Positions 13,412 to 26,524 of a DNA stretch of 64,000 nucleotides are shown here, piece after piece. The DNA comes from Camelus ferus (taxonomy: Eukaryota), in assembly GCF_009834535.1 (NCBI RefSeq), contig NC_045696.1:108254001-108318000 (forward strand), read 5' to 3'. The notes beneath the pieces are model-generated. The model made no database searches. It was not told the origin of the DNA and was given only the letters and a program-made list of their open reading frames with translations. Both the position numbers and the translations under genes were made by a program. Position 1 is the stretch's first letter, and each line of letters starts with the position of its first letter.

Positions 13412-14820
13412 AAGGCTTCCACTTTGGACCAAGATGGTGGAATAGGGACCAGATTTACCATGAATCTGTCTGAAATAGCCAAAAAATGGACAAAAGATCT
13501 AAAACAATGGTTTTCAAGACATGGATATGAGACAACAGAGGGCAATAATCCCTGAAAGATGAGAAAAGAATAAGGTGAGTGTATGATTGCCCCAGCTTAC
13601 AGGCTGTGGTGCATAGAAAGGGCCCCCAGCTAGAGCCCAGCTGACTCACTGTGTTAAGGAGGCTGAGAGTCTGGAGAGACCAGGGCAACTAGCATTTTCA
13701 GGACAGAGTAGCAGCAAGGAGAGAGATGCACAGACAAAGTCCAGACGTCTGCGGACAGTCTCTCTTGACCACCGATCAGCACTTGAGGGTAAGGAAAATA
13801 ACCAAGGCCAGGAAAAGAACCATCCCACAGGGTTAGAGTTAACTGTGCCCTGTGCCCACACAGGACTGGGAATAAGCCTATTCCCAATGGTCAGACTGGA
13901 AAATGCACAATTCACAGCACGTTAGGTAGAGATTTCAGAAAGATCTTTCCTCAGCTGTAAGAATATTTAGTCCTAGCGAGCTGTGCTCCCACTCAACAAA
14001 TCTTTAATCTCATCACATTGTACACAAATGTTTAAAATGAGATCTGAAGGGATCAAACTATTTCTAAGTAACTTAGTTGTCTCCTAAAACAAATCTCAAG
14101 ACTATATATAGGAATACAGAAATATCCAGCACCGAGCAGGTCAAATCACTACATCTGGCACCAAATTTAAAAAATTATCAGACATACAAAAAGGCAGAAA
14201 AATACAAACCGTAAGCAGAAGCAGTCTTGATCAACTGAAACCACTTCAGAGCTAACACAGGCAAGGACGAACAGTTAAGTAGAGATGTAGAAAATATTGA
14301 AAAGATTGAAATTGGACTAAAGACAAAAGCTATAGTGTGTGAGATGGAAAAATATACTGATGGGATTCAGGGCAGATGGGACACTGCAGAAGAAAAGATC
14401 AGTGAACTGAACACTAGAAATGATCTAAAATGAAACACGCAGAGACTCCTGGAGCATGAACCTATTGCCACACCTTGCACTACAGTGAATCTCGAATTAA
14501 TTATACTGAGTGAGAGAAATCACACACGTGTGTGCACACACATGACTACACTACATACTGTATGATTCCCTGCATATACAATTCTGGAAAATGCAAATAA
14601 TCTATAGTAACAGAAGGCAGATGCCCAGTTGCCTGGGGAGGGGGAGGGAAGGTAAGCGTGGGGTGGGGGGAGGGGAAATTTAGGAAGTAATGTATATGCT
14701 TATTGTCTGGATTTTGGTGATATCTTCATGTGTACAACTTGACAAAACTCATCATGCTGTACACAAGTATTTGACATTTATTGTATGGTAATTTTATTTC
14801 AATAAAACTGTCAAAAAAAA
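13412..14820 (+). mobile_element. Old L1M: 5' UTR and ORF1 remnant joined to a 3' UTR; splits a MIR
   Basis: Begins cttccactttggaccaagatgg; ORF1-like gacactgcagaagaaaagatcagtgaactga ~14380-14410; 3' UTR 14460-14820 ending ttcaataaaactgtc-A8; MIR halves at ~13330-13405 and ~14830-14940. Confidence 0.75.
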
Positions 14821-15254
14821 GAAACCATGTTAGAAAGTATTTCCATACCTATGTTAAAGGTGAGAAAATTGATATCCAGGGAAGTTAAGGGACTTGCCGA
14901 AGACCTAACATTTCATAAGAGAGTGACCCCAGGTTCTGAGTTCTGGAGACCTTTTAGTGGCATCAGATGGCAATATCAGAGCTAATATTCCTCAAAGCTG
15001 TTTTTTGAAGGGATTTTATTTTCAAAAATCTCTACAATGAATAGCATTTGCTAATGGACCCTCTTTAATACATATAGTACTTACCACCACTTTACATATG
15101 ATAAATATATTAATTTCGTTGTTAAATGTTAGTCTTCCCACCCCTTCCAGGTCGGTATAAAGTAAACTCTCCAGAACAGAGATTTTTTTTTTTCTATACT
15201 ATTTGTATTGAATATCATTTATTTTCCACCGCTGGCCTCCTGGTCTCCTGTTCT

Positions 15255-15701
15255 AGCTGTCACTTTGGTGACCAGGTGTGCATGTGCTTCACTGGCGTTT
15301 ACAGAACCTGCCGCGTGCCTGCAGCTGGTGGCTCTGGTCTCGTGCCCTGGATTTTACTCTTGGCGCTGCTGTGAATGCCACTCAAGTGGCATGTGTTACT
15401 TGGAGGCATGAGTTTCCCTCATGGGATGAAAGTTTTCTAATGCGAGGAGGGATCCAGTAGATAAATCCTGCCTCCTGTCACCTCCTGATGGATGCTCCTC
15501 CCTCCCTTCTCAGGGACGGGGCAGCAGGATCTCATGCAGTCGGACTCCCTTCGTGCTGGCAAGTATGATGCTCCTATATGCACCCCTCCTCCTTCCCCAG
15601 TGTGCTTCCTCTGACCCTCACCCCTTCCTCCCTGGATCAAATTCCCTAATAAAGTACAACACAGAAGCCCCTTGCCTCAGGCTCTGTTTTCTGCTTTAAC
15701 A
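15255..15701 (+). mobile_element. ERVL 5' LTR (LTR16/LTR33-like)
   Basis: ccctaataaa (15648) ...cttgcctcaggctctgttttctg...aaca, followed immediately by PBS-like gttggtaccaccagtggtc; left boundary uncertain. Confidence 0.75.
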
Positions 15702-17705
15702 GTTGGTACCACCAGTGGTCTCAGAAAGCCGACCCCTCAATGGAAGCTGTGTTATTCACCAGCTGGATGTGAATAAGAACCTCTATGCCAATGACGAGTG
15801 GGGTGCTAATAACTTCTGGGAGATGGCGGTGCTATGATTAAAGTTTCCACTCGGTTTACTTGGGGTGAAGAGCAGGTAAGAAGAGAGGTGTTGTCATAGG
15901 TGGTGACTGCAGCCCTTGAATGGGATGGAGTTGATCATTATAGGGGCTGTAGGGTGAGCTGGCTCTTGAAAACTTCTTAAAAAGCCTTTAGAAAGTGACA
16001 AGCTCAGAACTTCCAACTCACAAATTATGTTGTGAAAAGGAGACGTTTCTAAGGCAGCTTTTAAGGAGATGCTCATCCCTGCAGCCACAGTGCAGAGGGT
16101 GCTGAGGACCAGACCCAGCATCTAGCTGGAAGGGGATCGGAGCTGCCAAGGAGACAGAACGGTCAGCAGGGCAAGTGTCCCATGTCACAGTCATGTCTTG
16201 AATAGGGAAATAGTGAAACCCTGAGATTCAGGCTCGAATAATGTGGGCACATGAGCCAGAGGACATTGAAGCCCTTGAACATTCCGAACAACAGAGGGTC
16301 CCCATCCTTTTGTCAGAGAGGAGCAGGTTCCTCTTGCCAGGAGACTGCTGTGACCTCCCCTAAGGGAGATGCCTTAGAAGGTTGTGCCTGTTTTCCACAA
16401 GATTTTCCTCCCCTTTCCCTCATTCACCCAGGCCAATAACAAAAAGTCAGACTTCAACAAAGCCTGAGTAGAGAAGCGCACCCTGCTATGGGGAAAAATA
16501 GCTTAAAATATGAATGAATCAAAGAAGCTCTTTAATATATACCAGCAGAAACCAGGGTACCTGTGTGTACAGCTCTTGCGAGTGTCGAACCAGAGAGGAA
16601 AATAAGACTAGATAGAGAATTTATTGATGGGGCATCTGCCCGTGCATTAGGATTCAGCGGTCTGGTGAGGGACATTTGTTTTGGAAGCTGGTCCTAGCAG
16701 TTTTCTGGGATGGCTGTTTGAGTCTTGTGCCTGGCAATGGATTACAGTTCACAGTGTGTTTTTCAAAGTGCGGTCCCCAGAACAATGGAATCAGCATCAC
16801 CTGGGGAAATGAAAATCCTCTAACTGAATCAGAAACTGGGCTTCGTTTTCATAAGTCTTCCCAGTGATTTTCTGAGGCTCCCTAAAGTTTAAGAACCACT
16901 GGCCTAGAGTAATGAGGTGGAGAAGCCAGAATTTCTTTGACATAGGTTTTAAGGAAAGGGACAGGGGGCTCAGAGAGATGGGATTGTGAGAATGGACTTA
17001 TTATGTAAGACGCGAGGACCACTTTGAGCATGGTCCCTCTGAGGACCCTTTGGGCAACCCTTCATTAAGGCAATAAAGGAGGCACAGAGGATGGGGTCAC
17101 TGGTACGTTTAAGAAACATGATGATGGCCGCTCTCTGGAGGATGAGGTTAACAATGGGAGATGCTGCTATGACCCTGGGCTCCTTAATATCATTGAGATG
17201 ATGGGATTCTAGAATGACAGTGGTCAAGTGGCAGAACTTAGTGTCAGAGGCAAGGTGGTGTCATTACTATAATAGGCAGTAAGGTTGAAGTGGCATTTGG
17301 GGTGCATTGATCTGCAGGAATTTGTGGAAATGGCTAAAGAGATCCAGGTAGTGGAAGGGTGTGTGGTAACAGGTAGATGACTGATTGGAGTTGCTTGGCT
17401 GGTAAAAATAACACAAAAGGTTCATCTCAGCTGCCACAATGGAAGACACAGCCCTTTATCCAGTTTCACTGGGTCTCAGAGTCCAGTCTTTGAAAGGAAA
17501 GCCACACCCCCTCAGGAAGGACCCTTGTGTGATTGCATGAATGTGTGGTAAGAATTCCCCAAACCCTTCCCCACAGCGACCTGGGCCATTTGATGTGTTA
17601 AAACTGTGTGCTGGGACAAGAGGTATGCCCAGATTTGGGGGACTGTTAGCTCTGGGGTCTAAGCCGCCATGGATGCTAGGGGACCAATACACCACCACGG
17701 TCCTG
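15702..17705 (+). mobile_element. Decayed ERVL (ERV3-16A3/HERV16-like) internal region: gag and start of protease
   Basis: Frameshifted peptides ESDKLRTSNSQ, CSHSAEGAEDQTQHL, EWTYYVR, PFIKAIKEA...LTMGDAAMTLGSLIS match ERVL Gag; FGGLLALGS (~17635-17660) lies where LLDTGS of the protease is expected. Confidence 0.85.
16752..16901. mobile_element. MER5A-like hAT-Charlie element inserted in ERVL gag
   Basis: cagtgtgtttttcaaagtgcggtccc...atcagcatcacctggg...actgaatcagaaact...aaagtttaagaaccactg. Confidence 0.85.
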
Positions 17706-18884
17706 GAACCTAGGAAACATTTGCCCATCAGCCCCATCGCTGCTAACTTTCGGCTTTCTGCCAGCTCTCCCTCTGTTTCCTGGTCCACATTCCCAAGACT
17801 GTTACCAAAAAAAAGGGACACATGATTTCTATTAGCTTGTTTCTTCCTTAGATCTAATCAGAAGAGGTTCTAAAATAATTATTGAGTCATGCGCTTTATC
17901 GTACTTGGAGACAGAGTTCCATCGTGTTAGGATTTGAAGTCTCCCTTTGACAAGGTTGGGCTGACCAACGCAAAGTGATCTGATTTCAATATTTAACTTA
18001 GGTGTGACCTTGGATTCTCTTTTTTTTTTCCTCAGTATAGTTAAATCAGAACTGCCCCTATTCTGTTCTTCCCTCCCTCTGGGCCGGTCACAGAGATTAG
18101 GGCAAGGAGAGTCATCCAAACAACAGGCCACCTGGAGGGTGTGGGTCCATGCCCACAGCCCCTGGGTGAGGAGGGGGAGCGTGCTCTTGCCAGCCCATGG
18201 CTTCTGACATCAGCCACAAGGACTGGTTGGGAAAAACCAAAGCAGTACTGCCAGGCCCATGACCGTTGCCTCCACTGAGTCCCCAGGATCAGCGGGTAAT
18301 GGGGCAGCTTGGCAGAACCCCAGCAGCTCCCAATCACGCAACACAAAATCAAATCCCTCCCCTACAGTGTCTCCCTCCTGGGCCTGCTCTGCTTCCCTGT
18401 CATCACTCGGGGGTGGACGTCTGCTGCCTCAGGATCCTGGTTTGCATATCCCTTCCACGGTGTTAAGCCTGGCTGATTTTCTTCTCCGAGATGTGTGCAG
18501 GCCTCGGTGGTCCTCTGTGATCTAGGAAGTCCCTCCTTGTGGCCACTCTGTCACCCCAGTTGATGTTAAACCAACCATCTTGTGTTGTTTTCCACCGACT
18601 TTATACTCGTCATTCCATGGTAGAAGCCTGTTTTCTTGGTTTATGTCTGCTTATAGCTCAAGTACAGTACTTTTAATAAATCTTTATATTTCCTTTTCTT
18701 CCCCGTCGATAAAAGTAATGTGAAGCGCAAGTCCTCTACTCAGACAGACCCTCATCCTCCAAGCTGACATGATCACAATGGAGTTCTAAGAGATCTCCTA
18801 TATACAGAGGTGATGCAAGGTTTACATGCCACACACAAAAAAGCAGTGTAGAGAACCATGCAGACTTCTTTGACCACTTCTCCT

Positions 18885-19900
18885 GGTTACGTACAGAAAT
18901 ACAAGGATTGATTGAGCATCTCTTGACTATTGGGGGCAGCAAGGCCAAGGGTATGACTCTAGGATCTCATAGTCGAGTTAGGGAGGGATTGAGGGATACA
19001 TAAAAATAGAAAGATAATAGACCTGTACTTAAGTGCCTGATAGGGGACGAATGAAGACCTCACTGAAGACATTACCGAGGCAGTGATGCTGAAGCGAGGT
19101 TTTGAAGACAGATAAGGTGGGAAAGCAAATTGCTAGCAAGAGGAATGGGATACGACAGCCACAGGAAACAGCATTATGCCTGCTGGAAAATACAAGCTGA
19201 TGATGGTTCTGCTGGAGTTTAAAATGTCAGTGGGAAGAGTGAAAGGAAACAAAAGTGGAGGATTAGGCAGAGCTGGGCTACAGACTGTCTGTATTCCTAG
19301 ATAAGCAGGCTTTATTCTCTAGGCCAGTGCTTGTCTAATTATGACCCCTGGACCAGTTGCATCATCCTCTTCACTGGAGAACTGGTTAGAATTGTCTACA
19401 ATTCTCAGGTCCCACCCCAGCAGCTGACTGAGGAACACAGGGGCTGGGCTGGCAATCTTTAACTTTAACAAGCTCTCCAGCTGATCCTAATGCACATAGA
19501 GGTCAGAACCTCTGATTATGAAGGTGAGGGATCATAGCAGTTCTGAGTATTGAGAAGTTGGGGCTTTAAAAAGCTCCTTATGCAGTTCTGTGGAAGTAGC
19601 CTTGGAAAAGACATGCCTCATGACAAAGTCACCAGCTGGGAGACTGTTTCAACTGAACAGATGAGAATGAAGATGAGAATAAAGACTCAAGCAGCACAGA
19701 AATGGAGGACCTGGAGAGAAGAGGAGAGAGGTGAGAAGTGAGAAGGTAGACTTGGAGACTGGCTAGACATGGAAGGGGAGGGATTGGATCGGGGAAGGGG
19801 GACCTACGCTGCTGGCCTTGAGGTTGCTGGAGGATGGTTCAGTGTGGTCATGCCAGTCACCCTAGAGGGAGGTGTACTCAGTGCACCTCAGCATCCACCG
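18885..19900 (-). mobile_element. L2 LINE, interrupted by MER5A
   Basis: gattgagcatctc tail, gaggcagtgatgctgaagcgaggttttgaag, ggctttattctctaggc, ggtagacttggagactggctagacatgg. Confidence 0.7.
19325..19514. mobile_element. MER5A-like hAT-Charlie element
   Basis: cagtgcttgtctaa...cctggaccag...attctcaggtcccaccccag...tttaacaagctctccagctgat...agaacctctg. Confidence 0.8.
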
Positions 19901-20407
19901 TCAGGCTACTTGGCTGCATCCTCCCCTGACCTTCATGGTGAAGCAGCAAGAGCCCTTTCTGAGCCGTCAGAACTTCTGACATGAAGATGGCTGATTATTC
20001 TGCATAGAGAAGGCTTCTCCAAAACCAGTCTTGCTCGTGGAAAGAATGCGTAGAACACACCCGTGTGCGCCAGTGTATGTGCACCATCTCTTTTTTGACA
20101 CCTGATACTTTGTACCTCCCAGGTGCCCACAGGAGGTGGGATGAGATGAGTTATACCTATCAGTACTTCATTACATCTATGTCAGTGTCGTCTCTGCGTA
20201 GTTGGACTCCAGAAAACAATATATGTAGGAAAGTTTGAGGATTCGGGGGAGGGCATTGGATAGGAGGTTGCTTCCAGACTCCAGCATCCCTTACAAGAAT
20301 GTTTTACAACCTAAGCTATAAGCCACAGAGGATGAGTGTGCTGCTTGACTGTCCTAGGATGGGGCACCCAAGCGTCACATTAACAGATTGTTTTATTCCC
20401 ACCAAGT

Positions 20408-20848
20408 GTCGTACTGTTGGTTGAATTGTGTCCCCTTAAAAGATATGTTCAAGTCCTAGCCCAGTACCTGTGAATGTGACTTTATTAGGAAACAGGGTCT
20501 TTGCAGATGTAATTGAGTTAAGATGAGGTCATCCTCATTTAGGGTTGGCCCTAATCCAATGACTGTTGTCTTAATAAGAAGAGGGAACTTGGACACACAG
20601 ACACTGGGCGAACATCATGTGATTCTGGAGGCAAAGACTGGAGTGAAGGGTCTATAAGCCAAGGATTACAACCACCAGAAGTTAGGAAGAGATAGGAAGG
20701 ACCCTCCTTTACAGACTGAGGAGAGAGCATTGCCAACACCTTGATTTTGGACTTCTGGACTCCAGAACTGGAGATAATAAATTTCCACTGTTTTAAGCCA
20801 TCCAAATTTGAGGTCATTTTTATTACGGCAGCCCGAGAAACTAATACA
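20408..20848 (+). mobile_element. MaLR solo LTR (MLT1B/C-like), near complete
   Basis: ttgaattgtgtcccc...gggtctttgcagatgtaatt...caccttgattttggacttctgg...aataaatttc...gttttaagcca...gaaactaataca. Confidence 0.9.
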
Positions 20849-22329
20849 TCCTCCAAGAATTTAGCAGGCTTAAAATCTACAATTTCAACACAAAAATGGA
20901 AATGCAAGACAAAACCCCAAAATCAACCCAAAATACAAGCAATCAGAGACAATTTGAAACTTACACAGGACAGACTTTGTAGTCAAAGGAGTCTGGGAGA
21001 TGGAAGAGCCTCCTGTATGTGAAATATGAAGGAAAAAGATAATGTACTTTTTGTCAAACTGTCTGAAAGTGCAATAGACTGCCTTCTAAGATGGAAGGGG
21101 AAATTCTCTGTAACTTTCAGGGAAAATGAGGGCGGCCAGATAACCTCCCAGTCCTGTGACAGCCTATCACCAAATGAGAGATGGAGAATAATGGGAAAGA
21201 CAGAGATGACATTAAACGGGCCCCTGACATGGAGTATTGCTGGATTAACTCCAGCAGCATTTGTGTATGTTGTCATGTCAATAAAATTACGGAAATTGAA
21301 ACCTGAAATTGAACAGAGTGTGAAAGAAAGAAGATATTACTCAAGGGACGTAAGCAGTAAATATTCACATTAAGGGGAGGTGACATCATGGAAAGTTTCT
21401 GTGGTTTGTGATGCCATTGAAGTCCAAACAAAGGGGTCTAATTTCATTGTTTTCCTCCATGGCAATTCTAGAGAATTGAGCACTTCGTTATAATGAAATT
21501 GGGCTCCTGAGAAGCAAAATCAAAGTTCAGAGATGTGTCAGTAATTTGGAGGGCACATTCATTTATTCATGAGCTTTGTGGGGCTGCTTTCTCTCAATTA
21601 GGAGCTGTGAGCTTGCTTTACTCACCAGCCAGAATTTGATATGAAGAATAGGCTATAGGTTTCCATTCCTGACAAAAGCAAGCCGAGACTGAATAGGACT
21701 CAGGTCAGCTTCCAGCGTAGCTGGAAATTCATGTCTCCCCTCTCTCTCCTTGCTTAATTATGGAATGAAATTTTTTCCCCCTGCATAATTCATGGAGCCC
21801 TCCCTACATGTTCCTTGCAACATCTCTCTTCTGTCGTCTTAGGCAAAGGTCAGGGTGCACGGTTCCCTTAGTTGAGTCTGGGAACTGCTGCAGACCAGTT
21901 TGTTCCTTGTCTCTAGCCAGGAAAGCCCCTCTGCCAGCTGTTTTCATTCCCAGCAGTCTGAGAGTCCAAGGGGGCAGTCTGGCATCCCCACGCCCTATGG
22001 GGCAGGGCATTGGGAATCCTGCCGGTGATCTGTCCACAGAGTAAGGTCCTGACTCACAAATATACAGACAGGTTTTTCCTGACACCCAAACAGTTGCCAA
22101 TATTTCCCCTTGGGGGTTATTTTCTACTGAAATGTTCCGCAGCCTGCTTTCAGTTCTCATGCTCTTATAAAAACAAATTGAAATAAGTTAAGACAGCGTG
22201 GAATCCATCACTGCATGCACCTATGAAAGGTTCAGAAAGGGTAAACTACTAAGAAAGACCTGTTTTCCTCTTTCCTAAGGATATGATTAATATGCTAAAC
22301 TCAAGATAATTTGACTAGGTTTTTACAAA

Positions 22330-22490
22330 GCAGTAGAAGGTAGTTACTATCATGATCCTTATTTTATAGGTGGAAGCTGAGCCTTAAAGATGTTAGAAAT
22401 TTTGACCAAGTGTGCTGAGTTAGAGTTGGAACCCACGGGTCCGTCTCTCCTAAACCACGTTCTTAATCACTATGACACACTGCCACTCAT
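22330..22490 (-). mobile_element. MIR SINE
   Basis: ccttattttataggtggaagctgag...ttggaacccacgg...ttcttaatcactatgacacactgcc. Confidence 0.7.
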
Positions 22491-22514
22491 GAGCTGCAAT
22501 TGTCAGGGAAACAC

Positions 22515-23440
22515 AGAATATCAGAGCTGGGTGACTTTAGAGGTCACCCAAGCAGCCCTCCAGCCAATATATAAAACCTCTCTATAGCACTGCTGAAAAG
22601 TGATCATTTTAATACTTCTTGTATACCTTTAGGGTCAGCGAATATACCGCCTCTCCAGAGAGTCCATACTCTTTTTTTGGTTCGGATCTAAGCATTAAAA
22701 ACACATATACTTGTTGTGATTTGAGATTTTCCGATAAGTAACCTCTATCCATTCACCCTAGTTCTTTCCTCTGACACCACACAAAATAATTCCAATCCCA
22801 AGGAAAGCTTTCCTTTTTATTCAGTCTTTCAAAGAAGATCTCAGCCATGATGATTTCCAGAAATTCTGCTCTCCTTAGAATCTGCTATAGTTTGTTAAAT
22901 TCCCTTTGTTAATGTGGGAAACAATTTAGGAACAATAGTCCAGATGTGGTTTGGCCAGAAAATAGCAACATGAGACTCTTTCCTCCTAGATTTTTACCAT
23001 CCTTAGGTCCTGGAAAGCAGCCTGAGATTGACCAAGTTTCACACAAGATTAACTTGGATTCTGCTCAGAGTTACAGTGTGAGTTGACCCAGGCGTACCTT
23101 TATACCACCAGCAAATAGAGCAATTTTCTGAACACAGGCCTCGGTGAACATTCTCAGCCCTTTGTGTATTCCACTGACCAACCTTTGTCAAGTCATAAAC
23201 AGAGTTCTTGGTCCAAATTGAACTCATTAAAATCTAACATCCCAACTGGTGTTATAAATGTTGCTGTCTAGATACCTCCCTCATGGCTATTTGCCAAAGA
23301 CCTTCATATAAATCTATGGACGAGACAATCTTATCAGTTCCAATACATCGGTTAGGGCAAATATTCTAGGTACAGCATATGTATTTTGGACACAGCCTGC
23401 AATTTTCTATAAATCATCCAGTTTAGGAGCAAGAACTCTT
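22515..23440 (-). mobile_element. L3/CR1 LINE remnant
   Basis: acagaatatcagagctgggtgactttagaggtcacc (CR1 3' end), ccctagttctttcctctg, tccagatgtggtttggccag, gcagcctgagattg. Confidence 0.65.
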
Positions 23441-23478
23441 CAGAAGCTCAGAAACTTGCAAGAAATATGTTGCCTCCC

Positions 23479-23840
23479 TGTCTTAGTACACTTGGGCTGC
23501 TATAACCAAGTACTGTAGATGGGTGGCTTAACCAACAGAAATTTATTCTCACAATTCTGGAGGCTGGGAAGTACAATTTCAAGATCCTAGCTGATTCAGT
23601 TCCCAGTGAAGACCCTCTTTTTTGTTTGCAGATGGACACCTTCTTGCTGTATTTTCACATGGTGAAGAGAGAGATTCTCTCTTCCTGTCTCTTCTTGTAA
23701 GGGCACTAATCTCACCATGGGGGCTTCACCCTCATGACCTAATTACCTTCCAAAGACACCCCACCCCAATACCATCACATTGAGCATTAAAGCTTCAATA
23801 TATACATTTTGGTGGGACAAAATAGTCAGTCCATAGAGCA
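23479..23840 (-). mobile_element. MaLR solo LTR (MLT1A0-like)
   Basis: tgtcttagt...gggctgctataac...gaaatttattctcacaattctggaggctgggaagt...caccctcatgacctaattacc...aataccatcacattg. Confidence 0.9.
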
Positions 23841-24227
23841 GTCTCCAGTTCAGCATTGCCTTTATCTTCTAAATGGCAAATAACCCTTTCCTTGGAGTCA
23901 GCAAGACAGTATCTTCTCAGAGTCATTGTCTCCTCTCTCTGTGCTGGATCTTGCTGGATAATATCTACCCCCATTTTCTCTAACATATGTCTGTGAATTC
24001 TGGAAGTATAAACCAGGTTCCCTTTTTGGCTAAGATATAGCCAGCGCTGACATTCATATAACAAAGAGGAAGCAATAATTGAACATCTGCTATTTGCCAG
24101 GCACTCTCTCTCACATTCACGATCTTATTTAATCCTCTGATAGCCATAAAAAGTAGAAAAATGTGATTCCCTCTTCATAGAGAAAACTGAGAAGCTGAGA
24201 CTCAGAGAGGTGAAATGCTGTGCCCAA

Positions 24228-25348
24228 CTTCTGCACAGCAAAGGAAACCAAGTAAAACAAAAAGACAACCTACGTAATGCGAGAAAATTTTTGCAAATGA
24301 AACTGACAAAGGCTTGATCTCCAGAATATATAAGCAGCTCATACGACTTAATAAGAAACAACCAAACAACCCAATCCAAAAATGGGCAAAAGACCTAAAC
24401 AAGCAATTATCCAAGGAAGACATACAAATGATCAATAGGCACATGAAAAAATGCTCAATATCACTAATTATCAGAGAAATGCAAATCAAAACTGCAATGA
24501 TGTATCATTCTCACACCAGTCAGAATGGCCATCATTCAAAAATCCACAAATGACAAATGCTGGAGAGGCTGTGGAGAAAAGGGAACCATCCTACACTGCT
24601 GGTGGGAATGCAGTTTGGTACAGCCACTGTGGAAAACAGTATGGAGATTCCTCAAAAGACTAAGAATAGACTTTTGACCCAGGAATAGACCATATCACCC
24701 AGGAATCCCACTCCTGGGCATATATCCAGAAGGAATCCTACTTCAAAATGACACCTACACCCCAATGTTCATAGCAGCACTATTTACAATAGCCAAGACA
24801 TGGAAACAGACTAAAGGTCCATCAGCAGATGACTGGATAAAGAAGATGTGGTATATTTATACAATGGAATACTACTCAGCCATAAAAACTGACAACATAA
24901 TGCCATTTGCAGCAACATGGATGCTCCTGGAGAATGTCATTCTAAGTGAAGTAAGCCAGAAAGAGAAAGAAAAATACCATATGAGATCGCTCATATGTGG
25001 AATCTAAAAAAAAACCAAACAAACAAAAAAACACACACACAAACAAAGCATAAATACAAAACAGAAATAGACTCATAGACATAGAATACAAACTTGTGGT
25101 TGCCAAGGGGGTGGGGGGTGGGAAGGGATAGACTGGGATTTCAAAATTGTAGAATAGATAAACAAGATTATACTGTATAGCGCAGGGAAATATATACAAG
25201 ATCTTATGGTAGCTTACAGAGAAAGGAATGTGACAATGAATATGTATATGTTCATGTATAATTGAAAAATTGTGCCCTACACTGGAATTTGACACAACAT
25301 TGTAAAATGATTATAAATCAATAAAAAAAAGAAAAAAAAAAAAAAAAA
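24228..25348 (+). mobile_element. Young 5'-truncated L1 (ORF2 C-terminus, 3' UTR, poly-A) inserted in a MIR
   Basis: ORF2 peptides [12 protein letters not shown] and [15 protein letters not shown]...HMRSLICGI; poly-A tail; perfect 16-bp TSD gaaatgctgtgcccaa at 24212-24227 and 25349-25364. Confidence 0.97.
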
Positions 25349-26524
25349 GAAATGCTGTGCCCAAGACAACAAATGGGTAGTCAGTCTTCAAACTCTCATA
25401 AGCTCATTCCAGGCCCAGATCATTCCACTCCCCTCAGATTGCTTGACTGTTCCAAATCCTAGTCCTCTAAGGCAGTTTGAAAGCATGTCAATCATTTTCC
25501 CCTCTGAGGCAGGGTTTCCCCACAGAATGATCCTGTTGTGATATCCACGAACTAATTCCAGATTCATCTTAGAGTTAATCAAGTAGGACTCGCACAAAGT
25601 CACTCATTCTATGGCAATTACTTTATCTAAATGAGGTAGGCTACTTTGGCCTGACCTTTCTCACCAGATCAAATCAAGTGAATGATTTTTAAGAATCCAC
25701 ATGTGTTTTTGCTTAGAAAACAGGAGAAAGTAAAGTAAAAGTTTTTATTGAGCTACAGGAAGAAATTTTTGTCAGTTGATTCCTGTTACTACCAATCTGT
25801 TAGATTCAAGATTTTGGATAAAGGTAGAGACAGAATGGGTGAAAGGGTGGGTATTGAATTTGACTGAAGTACAAACTGGCAGCATCTAAAGGGCTTTGTG
25901 ATGAAGATGTTTTCAAATGCTACAGAATAAGGAAAATGTCTACATGTTTGAGCCAGAATTCCCTTAGAATTTAGGGGATAGGTCAGGGCTTCCCAGGCTC
26001 CCAGGGCCAGACAGGTAATATCAGTGTGAGATAAAGCTGGTTTAGGTTCCAAGAGAATCATTGTACACACTCTGACCAAAGACACTGAAAAAAAAAATTA
26101 AATACTCACTGGCTAAACAAGCAAGACTCTTGGTTCCTGGAGTTCTAATTAATGACCCTTAGGCCGTTAATGACCCACTCTTTTTGCTACTAACTGGCCA
26201 AGCCTTTATATGGTACAGAATTCAACTCCTATTGGCACTGGTTTCAGATTCTTTGGGCAGCTCTGGAGGGCTGAGAGGACTGTTTGCTGCATGTAAACAC
26301 ACTACAGAGGAAATAAATGTACTTAAGATAGAAGAAGAGATCTGTTCACAATACAACCCATGTTGGGATGATGATAAAAATGAAAAGAGACCCTCCTTTA
26401 GCTGCTTCAAAATCTCAAGTACTACAGCTTTGGGGGGTGATTCCACTGGCGACTTTTTAAATGATTCAAGTGTGTCTCTTACGCCTAATGGAACCATCAT
26501 CCTCTTTTCTTTCCTTTTTTTCCT

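Noticed and set aside
13155..13473. Poly-His / poly-Thr ORFs
   Set aside because: Translation of an (ACC)10 microsatellite
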